Source: Polyangia bacterium
GTDB lineage: Bacteria; Myxococcota_A; Polyangia; Fen-1088
Direction of reading: 5' to 3'
DNA: 64,000 bases
Assembly (NCBI GenBank): GCA_036268875.1
Contig: DATATI010000050.1
Location: forward strand, 5,770 to 69,769
Shown: positions 45,825 through 56,051 of the stretch, piece after piece
Layout of the letters: every line of letters begins with the position of its first letter
Numbering within the stretch: the stretch's first letter is position 1
Program-made: the position numbers and the translations under genes
The notes under the pieces: model-generated
The model's database searches: none
The model's input: the letters and a program-made list of their open reading frames with translations, nothing else
What the model was told of the DNA's origin: nothing

Positions 45825-46757
45825 ATGACTGCGGCGCAGACAGTCGGTCGAACGTCGGTGGTGCTGCTGCTGGCGGTGACGGTGCCATTACCGTCAGTGG
45901 CCGCAGGTGGCGGCGACGCGCGCCGGCCGCCGTCAGCGGAGCCCTCGCACGCCGATTGGTCGGCGGTGATCGCGCCCAGCGCGGGGCCAGCGCGCGTCGT
46001 CGGTGGCGCCGGCGCTGCGTGCATCGCCGGCGCCGTGCCGCTGCCGCTTGATGGCCCGGGCTATGCGGTGGTGGACATGGCGCGCCGCCGCTATTTCGGC
46101 CACCCGCGCCTGGTGTCATTCGTCCGCGATCTGGGCGCCACTCTGGAAAACGCCAAGGGCGGCACGATGCTGGTGGGCGATCTGGCTCAGCCTCGCGGCG
46201 GCCCGATGTCGTCGGGGCACGTCAGCCACCAGGGTGGGCTGGACGTGGACCTCTCGTATCAATTTGATCGACCCGGTCTGTCTCCGTCGGAACGTGACCT
46301 CATCGCCAAAGTGTCGGTCGTCGATCCGACCACCGACCGCACGCTGCCGAACCTGTGGGGACCGCGTCAGGTGGCGCTGGTGCGGCTGGCCGCCAGCGAT
46401 CCGCGCGTGGCGCGGGTGTTCGTCGCCGCGGCGGTCAAGCGCGAGCTCTGCCGACAGAGCAGCACCGAGGCCCAACGCCGCTGGTTACATCTGGTTCGTC
46501 CCTGGCCCGGTCACGAAGACCACTTGCACGTGCGGCTGCATTGTCCGCCCGATTCACCGGCGTGCGTGGAACAGCCGCCGCCACCCGCGGACGATGGTTG
46601 CGGCCGCGCCACGTTGATGGCGGCGCTGGCCCGCGATCGCGCCGAGCGCCTGCGCCCGCTGCCCCGGCCCAATCGCCACTTGCCGCCCCGGTGCGCCGCC
46701 GTGTTTGAAGAACCGGCCGGAGCGGCGCGGCCGCCTGCCCCCACCGCCGGGCGATGA
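45825..46757 (+). CDS. mepA: Penicillin-insensitive murein endopeptidase
   Basis: RRRYFGHP, GDLAQPRGGPMSSGHVSHQGGLDVD, WPGHEDHLHVRLHCP; start uncertain. Confidence 0.9.
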   Translation: MTAAQTVGRTSVVLLLAVTVPLPSVAAGGGDARRPPSAEPSHADWSAVIAPSAGPARVVGGAGAACIAGAVPLPLDGPGYAVVDMARRRYFGHPRLVSFVRDLGATLENAKGGTMLVGDLAQPRGGPMSSGHVSHQGGLDVDLSYQFDRPGLSPSERDLIAKVSVVDPTTDRTLPNLWGPRQVALVRLAASDPRVARVFVAAAVKRELCRQSSTEAQRRWLHLVRPWPGHEDHLHVRLHCPPDSPACVEQPPPPADDGCGRATLMAALARDRAERLRPLPRPNRHLPPRCAAVFEEPAGAARPPAPTAGR

Positions 46758-46770
46758 TTACCATCGGTTC

Positions 46771-47967
46771 ATGCACCGACTGAAGGATGGACAAATCACG
46801 CTGGCGCTGATTTTGGCGGTCAGCCTGCCCGCCACTTTTTCCGCGCACGCCGCCGAGCCGGAGCGAGCAATCCGCCTGGGCAACCGCACCACCGCCATCG
46901 CTTACCAACATCAATTTCACAATGAGGCTCTCAAGGCCTGGCGCCGCCGCGCGCCGCAGGTTCGGCTGACCAGGATCCGCTCGTCGGCGGACGGCCAGCT
47001 GCAGTCGGTCCTGTGGTACGCGCCCAAGGTCACTGGTCCAAGGCCGCTGTTGGTCGTACTGCACAGCTGGAGCGCCGACTTCACGCAGAACCTGGACATC
47101 CCCTATGCCGAATTCGCCCTGGCCAACGGCTGGGCGATGATTCACCCGGATTTTCGCGGCGGCGACCGACGACCGCAAGCCACGGCGTCGGACCTGGCCA
47201 ATCAAGATGTCATCGACGCCGTCACCTTCGCCCGTCACCACACCACCGTCGATGACGATCGCATCTACTTGGTCGGCTACTCGGGCGGGGCGATGGAGTC
47301 GTTGGTGTTGGCCGGCCAGCATCCCGAACTGTGGGCCGGCGTGGCCGCCTGGGGTGGAATCTATGACGTCGCCGGCTGGTACCACGAGGACCACGGCCGC
47401 GACGTGCACTATCGCGGCGAGATCGCGGCGTCGTGTGGCGGCGTTCCCGATGCGGGCACGCCCGCCGAGGCGGAGTGCCGCAAACGCAGCCCGATGTCTT
47501 TCCTGGCCCAGGGAGCCGGGCGGGTCCCGGTCTTGATCGCTCACGGCCTGCGCGACTACACCGTGCACCCGCACCACGCGCTGTCGTCGTACAACGCCCT
47601 GGCCGATCCGCACGATCGCATCGAGGGCGGCGACGCAAGGACCATCGAGCATCGTCGTCAGATCCCGGCGGATCTGTCCGCATCGTCGTCAGCGCCCCCG
47701 TTCGATGAATTATTTCAGCAGGCGGGTGCGCCGCTGCGCCTGGCCCGCCATTCGCGATCGGTGACGCTGTTTCTCTATGACGGGAACCACGACATGGTTT
47801 ACAACGTCGCCCTCCGCTGGCTGAGCGAACAGCGACGGCCGCATCCCGCGCAGGCCCACGCCGAAACCGAGCGTCAGGCCGCCCGACAGCCGCTCGCGGG
47901 AGCTCGGTGGACGGCTCCCGGCCCAGAGGCGCGGGCGGCGCCCGGGCGCAACGATCGGCGCAACTGA
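46771..47967 (+). CDS. Secreted alpha/beta hydrolase (S9-like)
   Basis: Signal peptide, VLHSWS, GYSGG nucleophile, AHGLRD, GNHD. Confidence 0.82.
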   Translation: MHRLKDGQITLALILAVSLPATFSAHAAEPERAIRLGNRTTAIAYQHQFHNEALKAWRRRAPQVRLTRIRSSADGQLQSVLWYAPKVTGPRPLLVVLHSWSADFTQNLDIPYAEFALANGWAMIHPDFRGGDRRPQATASDLANQDVIDAVTFARHHTTVDDDRIYLVGYSGGAMESLVLAGQHPELWAGVAAWGGIYDVAGWYHEDHGRDVHYRGEIAASCGGVPDAGTPAEAECRKRSPMSFLAQGAGRVPVLIAHGLRDYTVHPHHALSSYNALADPHDRIEGGDARTIEHRRQIPADLSASSSAPPFDELFQQAGAPLRLARHSRSVTLFLYDGNHDMVYNVALRWLSEQRRPHPAQAHAETERQAARQPLAGARWTAPGPEARAAPGRNDRRN

Positions 47968-49055
47968 CGCTGCAAGCGCTGGCCACCCCGGTCTTCAGCC
48001 GGGCGGCGCTGCAGAAGAGCCAGCACCGTCTTCTCGTCCGCGCGCAGCGACGCCGCGCCAACCTTCGTTTTTGGCGACGGCCCGTGGCGGAACAGACGCG
48101 CCAGTTGACCCTCGCGATAGCAGTCGAGGATCGCCGGATGAATATACGATTTGCGACAGACGGCGACGGTGTTGCCCAGCTGCGCCGCCACCGCGCCGAT
48201 CGCCGATGCGATGGCTTTGCGCGTGCGCGCTTCCGTGCCAGCGGCGGCGCCGGTCGCCAGGGCGCGCGCCGCCAGGACGGTGCCCGCCCAGGTGCGAAAG
48301 TCCTTGGCGGTGAAATCGTCGCCCATCGCCTCGCGGATATAGTCATTGACGTCCGCCGAATCGACAGACTGTCGCCGGCCGCTTTCGTCGATGAACTGAA
48401 ACAGATCATAACCGGGGATGTCGCGGCACTGTTTGACGATGGAAGCGAGGCGCGGGTCGTGAAGGGTGACCGTGTGTTCCTTGCCGCTTTTCCCGCGAAA
48501 ATGAAAGCGCAGGTCCGCACCGGTGATGGCGACATGGCGATCCTCCAAAGTGGTCAAGCCGAACGAATGGTTCTGACGCGCGTACTCGTCATTGCCCACC
48601 CGGATAAGCGTGGTTTCCAAAAGACGCACCACCGTGGCCAGAACCTTCTCGCGCGCCAGGCTGCGCCGGGCCAGATCGCGGAGCACCCGCGCGCGCAGGC
48701 GAGGCAACGCCTTGCCGAAGGCGAGCATGCGATGGAACTTGGTGTCGTCGCGCCGCGCTCGCCAGCGCGGGTGATAGCGATACTGTTTGCGGTGGCGGGC
48801 ATCGCGGCCGACCGCCTGCAGGTGGCCGTCGGGATCGGAACAGATCCAGACCTCGCGCCAGGCCGGCGGAATCGCCAGCGACCCGATTCGCTGCAGCGTC
48901 TTTTCGTCGGTCACCGCTTGACCGTGGCGATGGTAGGAAAATCCATGTCCCGCTGGCTGGCGGGTGATGCCGCCGGCCGCGCCCGCCACGACATGGCGCA
49001 ACCCAGCGCCGCGAGCCGAAGCCGCCGGACCAAGGACGGGACGCCGTCGGCCCAT
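47874..49055 (-). CDS. Bacterial DNA topoisomerase IB (poxvirus-type)
   Basis: LAIPPAWREVWI, GRDARHRKQYRYH, IRVGNDEY, FRGKSGKEH, KDFRTWAGT, LGNTVAVCRKSYIHP (catalytic Tyr). Confidence 0.94.
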   Translation of the reverse strand: MGRRRPVLGPAASARGAGLRHVVAGAAGGITRQPAGHGFSYHRHGQAVTDEKTLQRIGSLAIPPAWREVWICSDPDGHLQAVGRDARHRKQYRYHPRWRARRDDTKFHRMLAFGKALPRLRARVLRDLARRSLAREKVLATVVRLLETTLIRVGNDEYARQNHSFGLTTLEDRHVAITGADLRFHFRGKSGKEHTVTLHDPRLASIVKQCRDIPGYDLFQFIDESGRRQSVDSADVNDYIREAMGDDFTAKDFRTWAGTVLAARALATGAAAGTEARTRKAIASAIGAVAAQLGNTVAVCRKSYIHPAILDCYREGQLARLFRHGPSPKTKVGAASLRADEKTVLALLQRRPAEDRGGQRLQRQLRRSLRPGAARASGPGAVHRAPASGCRAA

Positions 49056-49062
49056 GCCCGGG

Positions 49063-49572
49063 CTACAGCTTCACATGGGCGACGTGTCGTTCGTCGTTGT
49101 CGGAATCCGGCCGCGTCCCTTTGACATAAGCCTTGGCGCTCTCGAACCAATAGCGAAGACCTTCCCCGCCGGTCATGTCCCAGTACGACGCCTCCGTCGG
49201 GTCGACCACCACGATGCACAACGACGGATCGTCCTTGCCCTTGGGAAACCAAACCTTCCACGACTCCGACCACAGTCGATCGATCAATGGACGTTCGGTC
49301 TCGATATGAGCCCGACCGGTAACAGAGACAAATCGATGTTTGTCCTGCATCGACACGTTGACTTGCGTGTCGGCCTGGAGATCGTTCACCTTGCCCGAGT
49401 CAACGGCGGTGGCGAAGTAGAGCGCGCCGTCACCCCGGTTGTCGGCGATGGCCAGTGGTCGCGCTCGCAGTCCACCCTCGCCCGTTCGGGTCACCAGCAT
49501 CGCCGTGTGGAAATCGGCGATCAGATCTGTCAGGCGCTGGCGCTTTTCGGATTCCGCGATGGTTGTCGTCAT
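49063..49572 (-). CDS. General stress protein 26 / pyridoxamine 5'-phosphate oxidase-like
   Basis: AMLVT...LRARP, LYFAT, FVSVTG, WSESWKVWFPKGKDDPSL, ASYWD. Confidence 0.88.
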   Translation of the reverse strand: MTTTIAESEKRQRLTDLIADFHTAMLVTRTGEGGLRARPLAIADNRGDGALYFATAVDSGKVNDLQADTQVNVSMQDKHRFVSVTGRAHIETERPLIDRLWSESWKVWFPKGKDDPSLCIVVVDPTEASYWDMTGGEGLRYWFESAKAYVKGTRPDSDNDERHVAHVKL

Positions 49573-49640
49573 GAACCAATCTTGGTGACCAACCGCCAAA
49601 CGCCAAGAGGGCCCCTCGCTGTGGGCCTGGCAACGAGAGG

Positions 49641-50027
49641 CTAGTTCTTGTTGATGTCTTCGCCGGCCTTCTTGGCCTTGACGCCGGCCTTCTCGGCTTC
49701 GTTGCCTGACTTTTCCATTTGTTTGGCTTCGTCGCCGCGGGCCTCAGCCGCTTTGTCAACGGCCTTGCCCTTCTTCTTGGCCCGTTTGCCCGCCATTTCC
49801 TCGTTCTTGTTGCCGTTCTTCTCGCCTGCTGCCTCCTCCGCCTTTCCTTTCTGTTCCAATCGGGCGCCCTTTGCTTTTTCGGCGTTGGAGGCTTTCTCCT
49901 CGGCGTTTCCTTTTCTCTCCAGGCGATTCCCTTCGGCCTCTCCGGCGGTTTGGGCGCTTGCCACATTGCCGATCAGGAGAGCGGTCGCGGCCAGGGTCAG
50001 AGAAAGTCGGCGGATCATTCGAATCAT
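49641..50027 (-). CDS. Secreted Lys/Glu/Ala-rich (LEA/hydrophilin-like) protein
   Basis: Signal peptide, then low-complexity EKKG/KAEE repeats. Confidence 0.7.
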   Translation of the reverse strand: MIRMIRRLSLTLAATALLIGNVASAQTAGEAEGNRLERKGNAEEKASNAEKAKGARLEQKGKAEEAAGEKNGNKNEEMAGKRAKKKGKAVDKAAEARGDEAKQMEKSGNEAEKAGVKAKKAGEDINKN

Positions 50028-50129
50028 GAGCGGTCTCCTTTGGGGGTGAAATTACCCGGGCACTTCGATGAAGCTTCCCGAACATTGGGCCGATTCCGAT
50101 CGGCGCCAGGGGGGCTGCTTCTTGATTCC

Positions 50130-52547
50130 TCACAGTCGCTGGTGGGCGGCGTCGAAATGAACGCGCAAGCCGACGGTGGTGTCATAAGCGCTGGCCCACC
50201 CCAGGCGCTGGCGCTCGGCGCCGAACACGTCCACGCCGGCCGTCACGAACAGCAAGGGCAGCAACGGCACCGCGAGCTTCCCCGTTCCCCGCAGTTCGTG
50301 ATCGCGTGACACCGCTGGATCGACAAAGGTGTAGTCCACGGTGCCTTCAATCTTGAGAGCAAAAGGCCCAAAGGTGGTCAGCGCCGTCGGACCGAGAGTG
50401 GCGCCGGCTTCCAGGACCGATTGCCAGCGACCGTCGGCTCCGGTGGCCAGCAATTCGCGGCGCGCCCCGCCGCCGCCGCGCACTTGCAGCTTCGGCGTCA
50501 AGGTGAAGATCGCCCCTACCGTGCTTTGTGCCTGCAGGTGGTGATAGTCGCGGGTCTGCGTCGCAGTGACATCGGGCCGGGTGAACTCCGATTCCACCCA
50601 GACCCGCGCATAGGGATCGGGGACCAGCACCCGTCGAGCGGTTTGCCGATCGACGGGCCGATCGCGCCGATCGCGCAGGCCGCTGTAACTGTAGACGCTG
50701 GTGAAGGTGATGAGATCGGCGGTCTCTGCCGAGACCACGGGCATGCCGGTGCCGCTCGCCTGCGTGCGGGCCCACCCGTATTTGAGATCGAGTCGCGAGT
50801 CTTCTTGATGGCGCGGCAACCGCAGCTGCAACACCCCGGTGGCTTCGCCCTGAAAAGACGTCTGCTGGGCGCGGGCCAACTGGGCGTCGCCATAAGAAGC
50901 GGCATTGCGAATGGTGGTGTCGGATAGGTCGAGATCGAAATCTGACAGGCCGACGATCAACAAGCGGTCATGCGCGGGCGCCCCCAGGCCGCGCCGCACG
51001 TCGAACGTCCGAGCGCCAGCGTCAACGGCTTCTTCGCGCAAGAACGCTGCCACGCTGACCCGCAGATCAGGCGCGCCCGGTAGCGGCGACCACTTCAGCG
51101 CGCCAGCGGCCACAAGGCCGTCGCCGCCTTCCGTGACGAAGGCGATGGTGGCGACTTTGTACATCCGCGCCTTGTCCAGCGGGCGGCCGTTCACCTCCAG
51201 ACCGCCGCTGCCCCGGGCCAGGCCCACCAAGGCCGCCTTGGGGTTGGTCAAGGCCGGCGCGAGCGCACTTTCGACGACCGGCCCGGCGACATTGGCGCTG
51301 CCAATGATGGCCGGATACGGAAGCGCGTCCTGCAAGTCCGCTTCGCTGATCTGTCCATTGATCGGAAACGGCATCGCGCGCACGGCGCCGGCGTTGAGCA
51401 CAGCGATCTCGGCCTGCGCCCGCCGACGCATGATCTCCAGCGTCAGCTGGATGAACGCCTCGCGGGTCATGGTGGCGGCGACCGGCTTCGGCGTGATCGG
51501 CCGACCATACCGGTCGCAATAGATCTGGATTGGCGCCCGCAACGCCTGTTCCACGTCGGGCTGGTTCGGCGCCACACCAGAGCGCAGCCGTTCGACGGTG
51601 AATCCGTCGCCGTCGTCGTCGCTCAGGCGCGCGCCGCCGAGCGGGAGCGCCACCCGGGTCAGTCCCGCCGTTGCCGCCGGCGCACCGACCACCGGCGGCG
51701 CACCATCGCGGCGCAAGAGCCGCAACGGATGCACCGTCTCTTCATCCGACAAGCCGCCAGCCAGCAGCAGGTCGGGCGCGCCGGCGGCCGGATCGTCGCC
51801 CAGCTGGCGCGCCAAGATCTCGATCGAACCCAGCGCCCGGGCGTCGCGCGGCCCTTGCGTCATCACCAGAACCCGGGTGGCGCCCCGCGCGCGCAGGCGC
51901 CGCACCCCCGCGCGGATCGCTGTCGCAGGATCGTCGATGGTCAACCCGCGGCGCGCGGCCACCGCGATCTCGGGCAGGACTTCCGGCGCGATGGTGGCCA
52001 GCACGCCGATCTCGGTGCCACCACGGTGGATCATCACATCGGTCCGAAGAAAGGCGCACAACGAACGGGTGCCCGCTTCGCAGTGAAGATTGCTGGCGAC
52101 GACCGGCACGCCACGAGCATTCAGGGCGGCAATCAAACGGGCCAGCACATCGACGCCCAGGGACAGCTCGTGATGGCCCAGCGCCACCGCGTCGTAGCCC
52201 GCACCCGCCAGCAGGTCGGCCACTGTGCGCGCGCCTTCCTGGCCACCGTCCTGCAACAAAGCGCGAGCAAACAAAGCCGGCGCCGCCTCGTTTCCACCCA
52301 GCAAAGTGATCACCTGGCGATCGCCGGCCGCGGCGCGTGAGCGAGCGGCGGTCATTGTCCCGACCAGCGCCGCGAAATCCGGGGGCCCGTTCGTTGGTGT
52401 TTTCCCATTGCAGCGGGGAGCGGCGAATCGTCCGTCCAAATCGGCGTGATAAAGAACGTCAAGCAACGCGGCCGGTGTCGCAGCCGCAAAAGGCGCCGGC
52501 GCGGCGATGGCGACAAGGATCAGCCCAAAGACCGGTCGGGGTCCCAT
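50130..52547 (-). CDS. 5'-nucleotidase-fold protein with degenerate metal sites fused to a C-terminal beta-barrel-like domain
   Basis: Metallophos-like N-terminus (YHADLDG, LLGGN, ALGHHE), 5_nucleotid_C-like (AEIAVLNAGAVR, ALPY, YKVATIAF..GGDG), alternating beta-strand C-terminus. Confidence 0.75.
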   Translation of the reverse strand: MGPRPVFGLILVAIAAPAPFAAATPAALLDVLYHADLDGRFAAPRCNGKTPTNGPPDFAALVGTMTAARSRAAAGDRQVITLLGGNEAAPALFARALLQDGGQEGARTVADLLAGAGYDAVALGHHELSLGVDVLARLIAALNARGVPVVASNLHCEAGTRSLCAFLRTDVMIHRGGTEIGVLATIAPEVLPEIAVAARRGLTIDDPATAIRAGVRRLRARGATRVLVMTQGPRDARALGSIEILARQLGDDPAAGAPDLLLAGGLSDEETVHPLRLLRRDGAPPVVGAPAATAGLTRVALPLGGARLSDDDGDGFTVERLRSGVAPNQPDVEQALRAPIQIYCDRYGRPITPKPVAATMTREAFIQLTLEIMRRRAQAEIAVLNAGAVRAMPFPINGQISEADLQDALPYPAIIGSANVAGPVVESALAPALTNPKAALVGLARGSGGLEVNGRPLDKARMYKVATIAFVTEGGDGLVAAGALKWSPLPGAPDLRVSVAAFLREEAVDAGARTFDVRRGLGAPAHDRLLIVGLSDFDLDLSDTTIRNAASYGDAQLARAQQTSFQGEATGVLQLRLPRHQEDSRLDLKYGWARTQASGTGMPVVSAETADLITFTSVYSYSGLRDRRDRPVDRQTARRVLVPDPYARVWVESEFTRPDVTATQTRDYHHLQAQSTVGAIFTLTPKLQVRGGGGARRELLATGADGRWQSVLEAGATLGPTALTTFGPFALKIEGTVDYTFVDPAVSRDHELRGTGKLAVPLLPLLFVTAGVDVFGAERQRLGWASAYDTTVGLRVHFDAAHQRL

Positions 52548-52693
52548 GGGCCGGCAACCTGGGCATTTCTTGGAGAAAGGAAAGGTGCGGCGCTGTTCGC
52601 CGGTCCGAGAGCGGCGCGCGGCGGCTCTTCCCTCACGCCGTGACGGACCTAGGTTTCTTTCAATCCAATGATACGCCGGCCGGCCAGGTGACC

Positions 52694-53350
52694 ATGGGCG
52701 AACGCACGATCATTTTCGACGTCGATGGAACATTGGTGGACAGCAACGACGCCCATGCCCTGTCGTGGACAGACACCCTGGCTGAGTTCGGCATCAGCAG
52801 CGACGTCACGGCGGTGCGCCGATTGATTGGAATGGGCGGCGACAAACTGCTGGCGAAAGTCGCCGGATTGTCCGCGGACAGCGACCTCGGACGCCGCATC
52901 GTGGATCGTCGCACGCAATACTTTCGCCAGACTTTCCTGAAGACGGTTCAGGCGTTTCCCTGCACAGGCGCGCTGTTCCGGACTCTGGTTGAAGACGGCG
53001 TCAAGATCGGTATCGCCAGCTCCGCTCCGGCCGACGAATTGGCGTCGCTGCTGAGCATCGCCGCAGTGTCGGACCTTATCGAGCAACGCTCGTCGTCGGA
53101 TGACGTCCAGTCGTCGAAGCCCGATCCCGACGTGGTCAAGGCGGCCCTGCATCGATTACAGGCCCGGCCTCAGGACGCCATCATGGTCGGCGACACCCCC
53201 TACGATGTCGAAGCAGCGAAGCAAGCCGGTGTCAGGTCGATCGCCTTTCGCTGCGGCGGCTGGGGCGACAGCGATCTGGCCGGGGCGATCGCCATCTATG
53301 ACGGCCCAGAGAATATGTTGGCCCATTATCGGCGACGGACCTGGCAATGA
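52694..53350 (+). CDS. HAD-family hydrolase
   Basis: IFDVDGTLVDSN, ASSA, SKPDPD, MVGDTPYD. Confidence 0.93.
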   Translation: MGERTIIFDVDGTLVDSNDAHALSWTDTLAEFGISSDVTAVRRLIGMGGDKLLAKVAGLSADSDLGRRIVDRRTQYFRQTFLKTVQAFPCTGALFRTLVEDGVKIGIASSAPADELASLLSIAAVSDLIEQRSSSDDVQSSKPDPDVVKAALHRLQARPQDAIMVGDTPYDVEAAKQAGVRSIAFRCGGWGDSDLAGAIAIYDGPENMLAHYRRRTWQ

Positions 53351-53418
53351 CTGCCGGTCGCCAGGTCGCAAGCAACACGCGCGATCGGGGACGACGTCCC
53401 ACCGCCGAACCGACCACG

Positions 53419-53691
53419 TCACGTCGACGGCAATGTTTCGCGCTTTGAGTTGGCGGCGGCCAGCAGGCTTTTCAAGGCTTGTTCCAAGCCCTGAGCGCTC
53501 CTCTCGTCGGAGCTGAGCGCCCCTCCGGTGGCGGGTACCAGCGGACCTTGCGTCGACCGCACGCGGGCCAGTTCCTGTCGCAGATCTTCGATCTCTGCCA
53601 CCACGGCCGCCAGTTCAGGATCGGCTGGGGCAAGCGCGGCGATCTCCGACTCCAGCCGACCGGTGGCGGTGAGAATGCTTTGCAAGGTCAC
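53419..53691 (-). CDS. Small hypothetical coiled-coil protein
   Basis: 90-aa ORF with heptad-like pattern and no clear RBS. Confidence 0.35.
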   Translation of the reverse strand: MTLQSILTATGRLESEIAALAPADPELAAVVAEIEDLRQELARVRSTQGPLVPATGGALSSDERSAQGLEQALKSLLAAANSKRETLPST

Positions 53692-53736
53692 CGCAGCACC
53701 GTAACCACTGTCTGACCCACTGCCAGAGGCGCGAGC

Positions 53737-54579
53737 CTAGCTGGGATTGACCGACTCGACGGTGGTGTAAATGAATTGACCGGCGAAGGGCTGGGTCACT
53801 CCGGGCGCGCCTGGGCAGGTGTAATTGTGGTTCATGATCGTGCTGGTGAAGATCTCCGTGTTGGATCCGCCGTCGGTGATGTAGGTGACGGTGCTGCCGC
53901 CCTTGATATCCAGCGTGGCCGAATAGTCGATCTTCATCAGATCGTCTTTGAGGTTTCGATTGTTCAGGAAATACGAATGCGCCGGACTGGACACCCGAAT
54001 CTCGTAGGTTGGATAGGTGGGATCGAAGCCGGCGTTTGACGCCGTGCCATCCACGCACAACAACGGAGCCGCCGCCTGCATCATCGTGCAGCCAGTGTAT
54101 GGCCGCGCCTCTACCGGGCCGCAAAAGTGCAGCGCCACTTTGTACGTGACGGTGGGATCGCCGCCAAATTGCAGCGCCATCATCTTCATGCGCGGGCCGT
54201 CGGGAACCGTGCAACTGCCAGACATGTCGGCGGTGACACAGGGCTGTTCAAAGATGAACCCGTTTAGCGCCGCCGCCGGACTGCCGGCATCGGCACCACC
54301 CGTGTCGGCCGCGGTCTCCGAGGGTGCGTCCCCCGACGAGCTGCCATCGGTGGCCGCGCCTCCCGAACCACCCCCACCCCCGCTCGACGCGCCTCCGCTG
54401 CCGCCCGTCCCGGCGCCGTCGCTGCTCCCGCCCGCACCACCGCCGCCCGCGCCGCCGGAGCCGCTGCCGCTGCTGCCGCCCGAGCCATGCCCGGCGTCCG
54501 ACGTCGTGGACGGTGTGCTGCTGCAAGCAGCGACCAGAGACAAGGACAACGAACAAACCAGCGCACAGCGTTTCGTCAT
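53737..54579 (-). CDS. Lipoprotein with Gly/Ser linker and Cys-containing beta domain
   Basis: RBS GAGGAG; LVAAC lipobox; GSGG linker. Confidence 0.8.
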   Translation of the reverse strand: MTKRCALVCSLSLSLVAACSSTPSTTSDAGHGSGGSSGSGSGGAGGGGAGGSSDGAGTGGSGGASSGGGGGSGGAATDGSSSGDAPSETAADTGGADAGSPAAALNGFIFEQPCVTADMSGSCTVPDGPRMKMMALQFGGDPTVTYKVALHFCGPVEARPYTGCTMMQAAAPLLCVDGTASNAGFDPTYPTYEIRVSSPAHSYFLNNRNLKDDLMKIDYSATLDIKGGSTVTYITDGGSNTEIFTSTIMNHNYTCPGAPGVTQPFAGQFIYTTVESVNPS

Positions 54580-54697
54580 GGGCTCCTCAAAATGAACGAT
54601 GACGGCGAGGCTACTTCGTCATTGGAGGGCAATGCCAGGGTTTTGCTTGAATCGAGGCGCCGCCGCTGTGCTTGGTCCAACCCTCCGTGCCGGGCGT

Positions 54698-55075
54698 TCA
54701 GGTGGGCAGGCTGGCGGCGGGTTGGCAGTGCTTTTCCAGGACGCGCGCCAGCACGTTCACGTCGATCGGCTTGTAAAGCACGCTGATGTCTTCCTTCACG
54801 CCCAGCATCGGATCGTTGGCCGCGGTCATGATCAGCTTGGGGACGGCGTTCAATCGAGGATCGGTCCTGATGGCGCGAAGCAATTCGTGGCCGTTCATCT
54901 CTGGCATGAACAGATCGACCAGCACCAATGACGGCGTGACTTGCTGGAGCACTTTCAGGGCCTCCCGGCCGTTGCGTGCCCGCACAACGCTGTATCCCAT
55001 CTCTTCGATGAGATCTTTGAGCATCAGCCCGAAGGCGTCATCGTCCTCGACTATCAATATCGAGCGGCTTGCCAT
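54698..55075 (-). CDS. Single-domain response regulator
   Basis: ILIVEDD, LVLVDLFMPEMNG, MTA, LYKP. Confidence 0.9.
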   Translation of the reverse strand: MASRSILIVEDDDAFGLMLKDLIEEMGYSVVRARNGREALKVLQQVTPSLVLVDLFMPEMNGHELLRAIRTDPRLNAVPKLIMTAANDPMLGVKEDISVLYKPIDVNVLARVLEKHCQPAASLPT

Positions 55076-55227
55076 TGGTATGATTCCTATTTTGCCCACG
55101 GAAGGGGCAGGACGCATCCCCCGGCGCGGGCGCTCTCGGGTGCGACACTTGATCGCCGCGGGCCTCGCGGCGGCTCCGCTCCCGTTCGTTCACGACGCTC
55201 AGCTGACCGTCGATGAGAGCCAACCGC

Positions 55228-55932
55228 TTACCGCTTCACCCGCAGCGGAATGTCCACCTTGGCGATCTCCTTGCCGCCGCGTTCGGGGAGGTTGGCCCGG
55301 AAGACGATGGTTCCTTTGGTCTGGTCGGCGACTTTTGGAAAATAAAGAAAGCCGGTCACCGAGCCGCCCGCTTCCAGCACGCCCTCCGGGATCGCGTTCC
55401 TCAGCATGTCCTCGGTGGGCAAGGGAATCTGCCAGTCCAGGTACTGGGACTCATAAATGTTCGGGTCCAGGGCCCACTGCCCTGCCCATAACGTCAGGTT
55501 CGGGTAGTACGGCCGGTACCACGGAGCGAGATCGAAATGGTTGAAACCGAACGCCGGATCGGTGATGACGATCGACCGCCCGGGAGGACCTTTGCTGATC
55601 GAGAACGGTGGCAGCGGATTCGTGGCCATTCCGTTTTCGGTCTGCAGCTGGAAATCTTTGTACGCGATGCGAATCGGGCGCTGCCCGGAGTTGTTCACCG
55701 TCACCTTGATGGGCGTCATCACCGTCTCCAGTTCGGCGGGGGTGCCTTTCCAGGCATCGCCGTTGACGAAGACCGACACGCCGGCATCCCGTTCGTATGC
55801 CACCTTGTTGTCGCCGCGCAATACGGTGGCCCCCGACGCCGGGACCAGCACCTCGTGCGCGCAGCCGCCCAGGGCCGCGCCCGCGGCGAATATCCACACC
55901 AGCATCTCGACTGCTTGCTTGCTTGCTCTCAT
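55228..55932 (-). CDS. Lipoprotein of unknown function
   Basis: LGGC lipobox; LPTEDML..AIPEGVL..GG.V.GFLYF. Confidence 0.75.
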   Translation of the reverse strand: MRASKQAVEMLVWIFAAGAALGGCAHEVLVPASGATVLRGDNKVAYERDAGVSVFVNGDAWKGTPAELETVMTPIKVTVNNSGQRPIRIAYKDFQLQTENGMATNPLPPFSISKGPPGRSIVITDPAFGFNHFDLAPWYRPYYPNLTLWAGQWALDPNIYESQYLDWQIPLPTEDMLRNAIPEGVLEAGGSVTGFLYFPKVADQTKGTIVFRANLPERGGKEIAKVDIPLRVKR

Positions 55933-56051
55933 GACGCCACCCCTTTCCCTTTCCTTGAGACGTGACCTCTTGCGGGACCGAAGCTTTTTCTTTGAGGCGG
56001 ACGAACCCAACTTTCTCTGGACCGCCATGTCCGATGGGTTGAAGGAGGCGG

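Noticed and set aside
47874-47967. 94-bp convergent overlap of the hydrolase and TopIB 3' ends
   Set aside because: Both tails are low-complexity extensions common in high-GC genomes; no functional signal.
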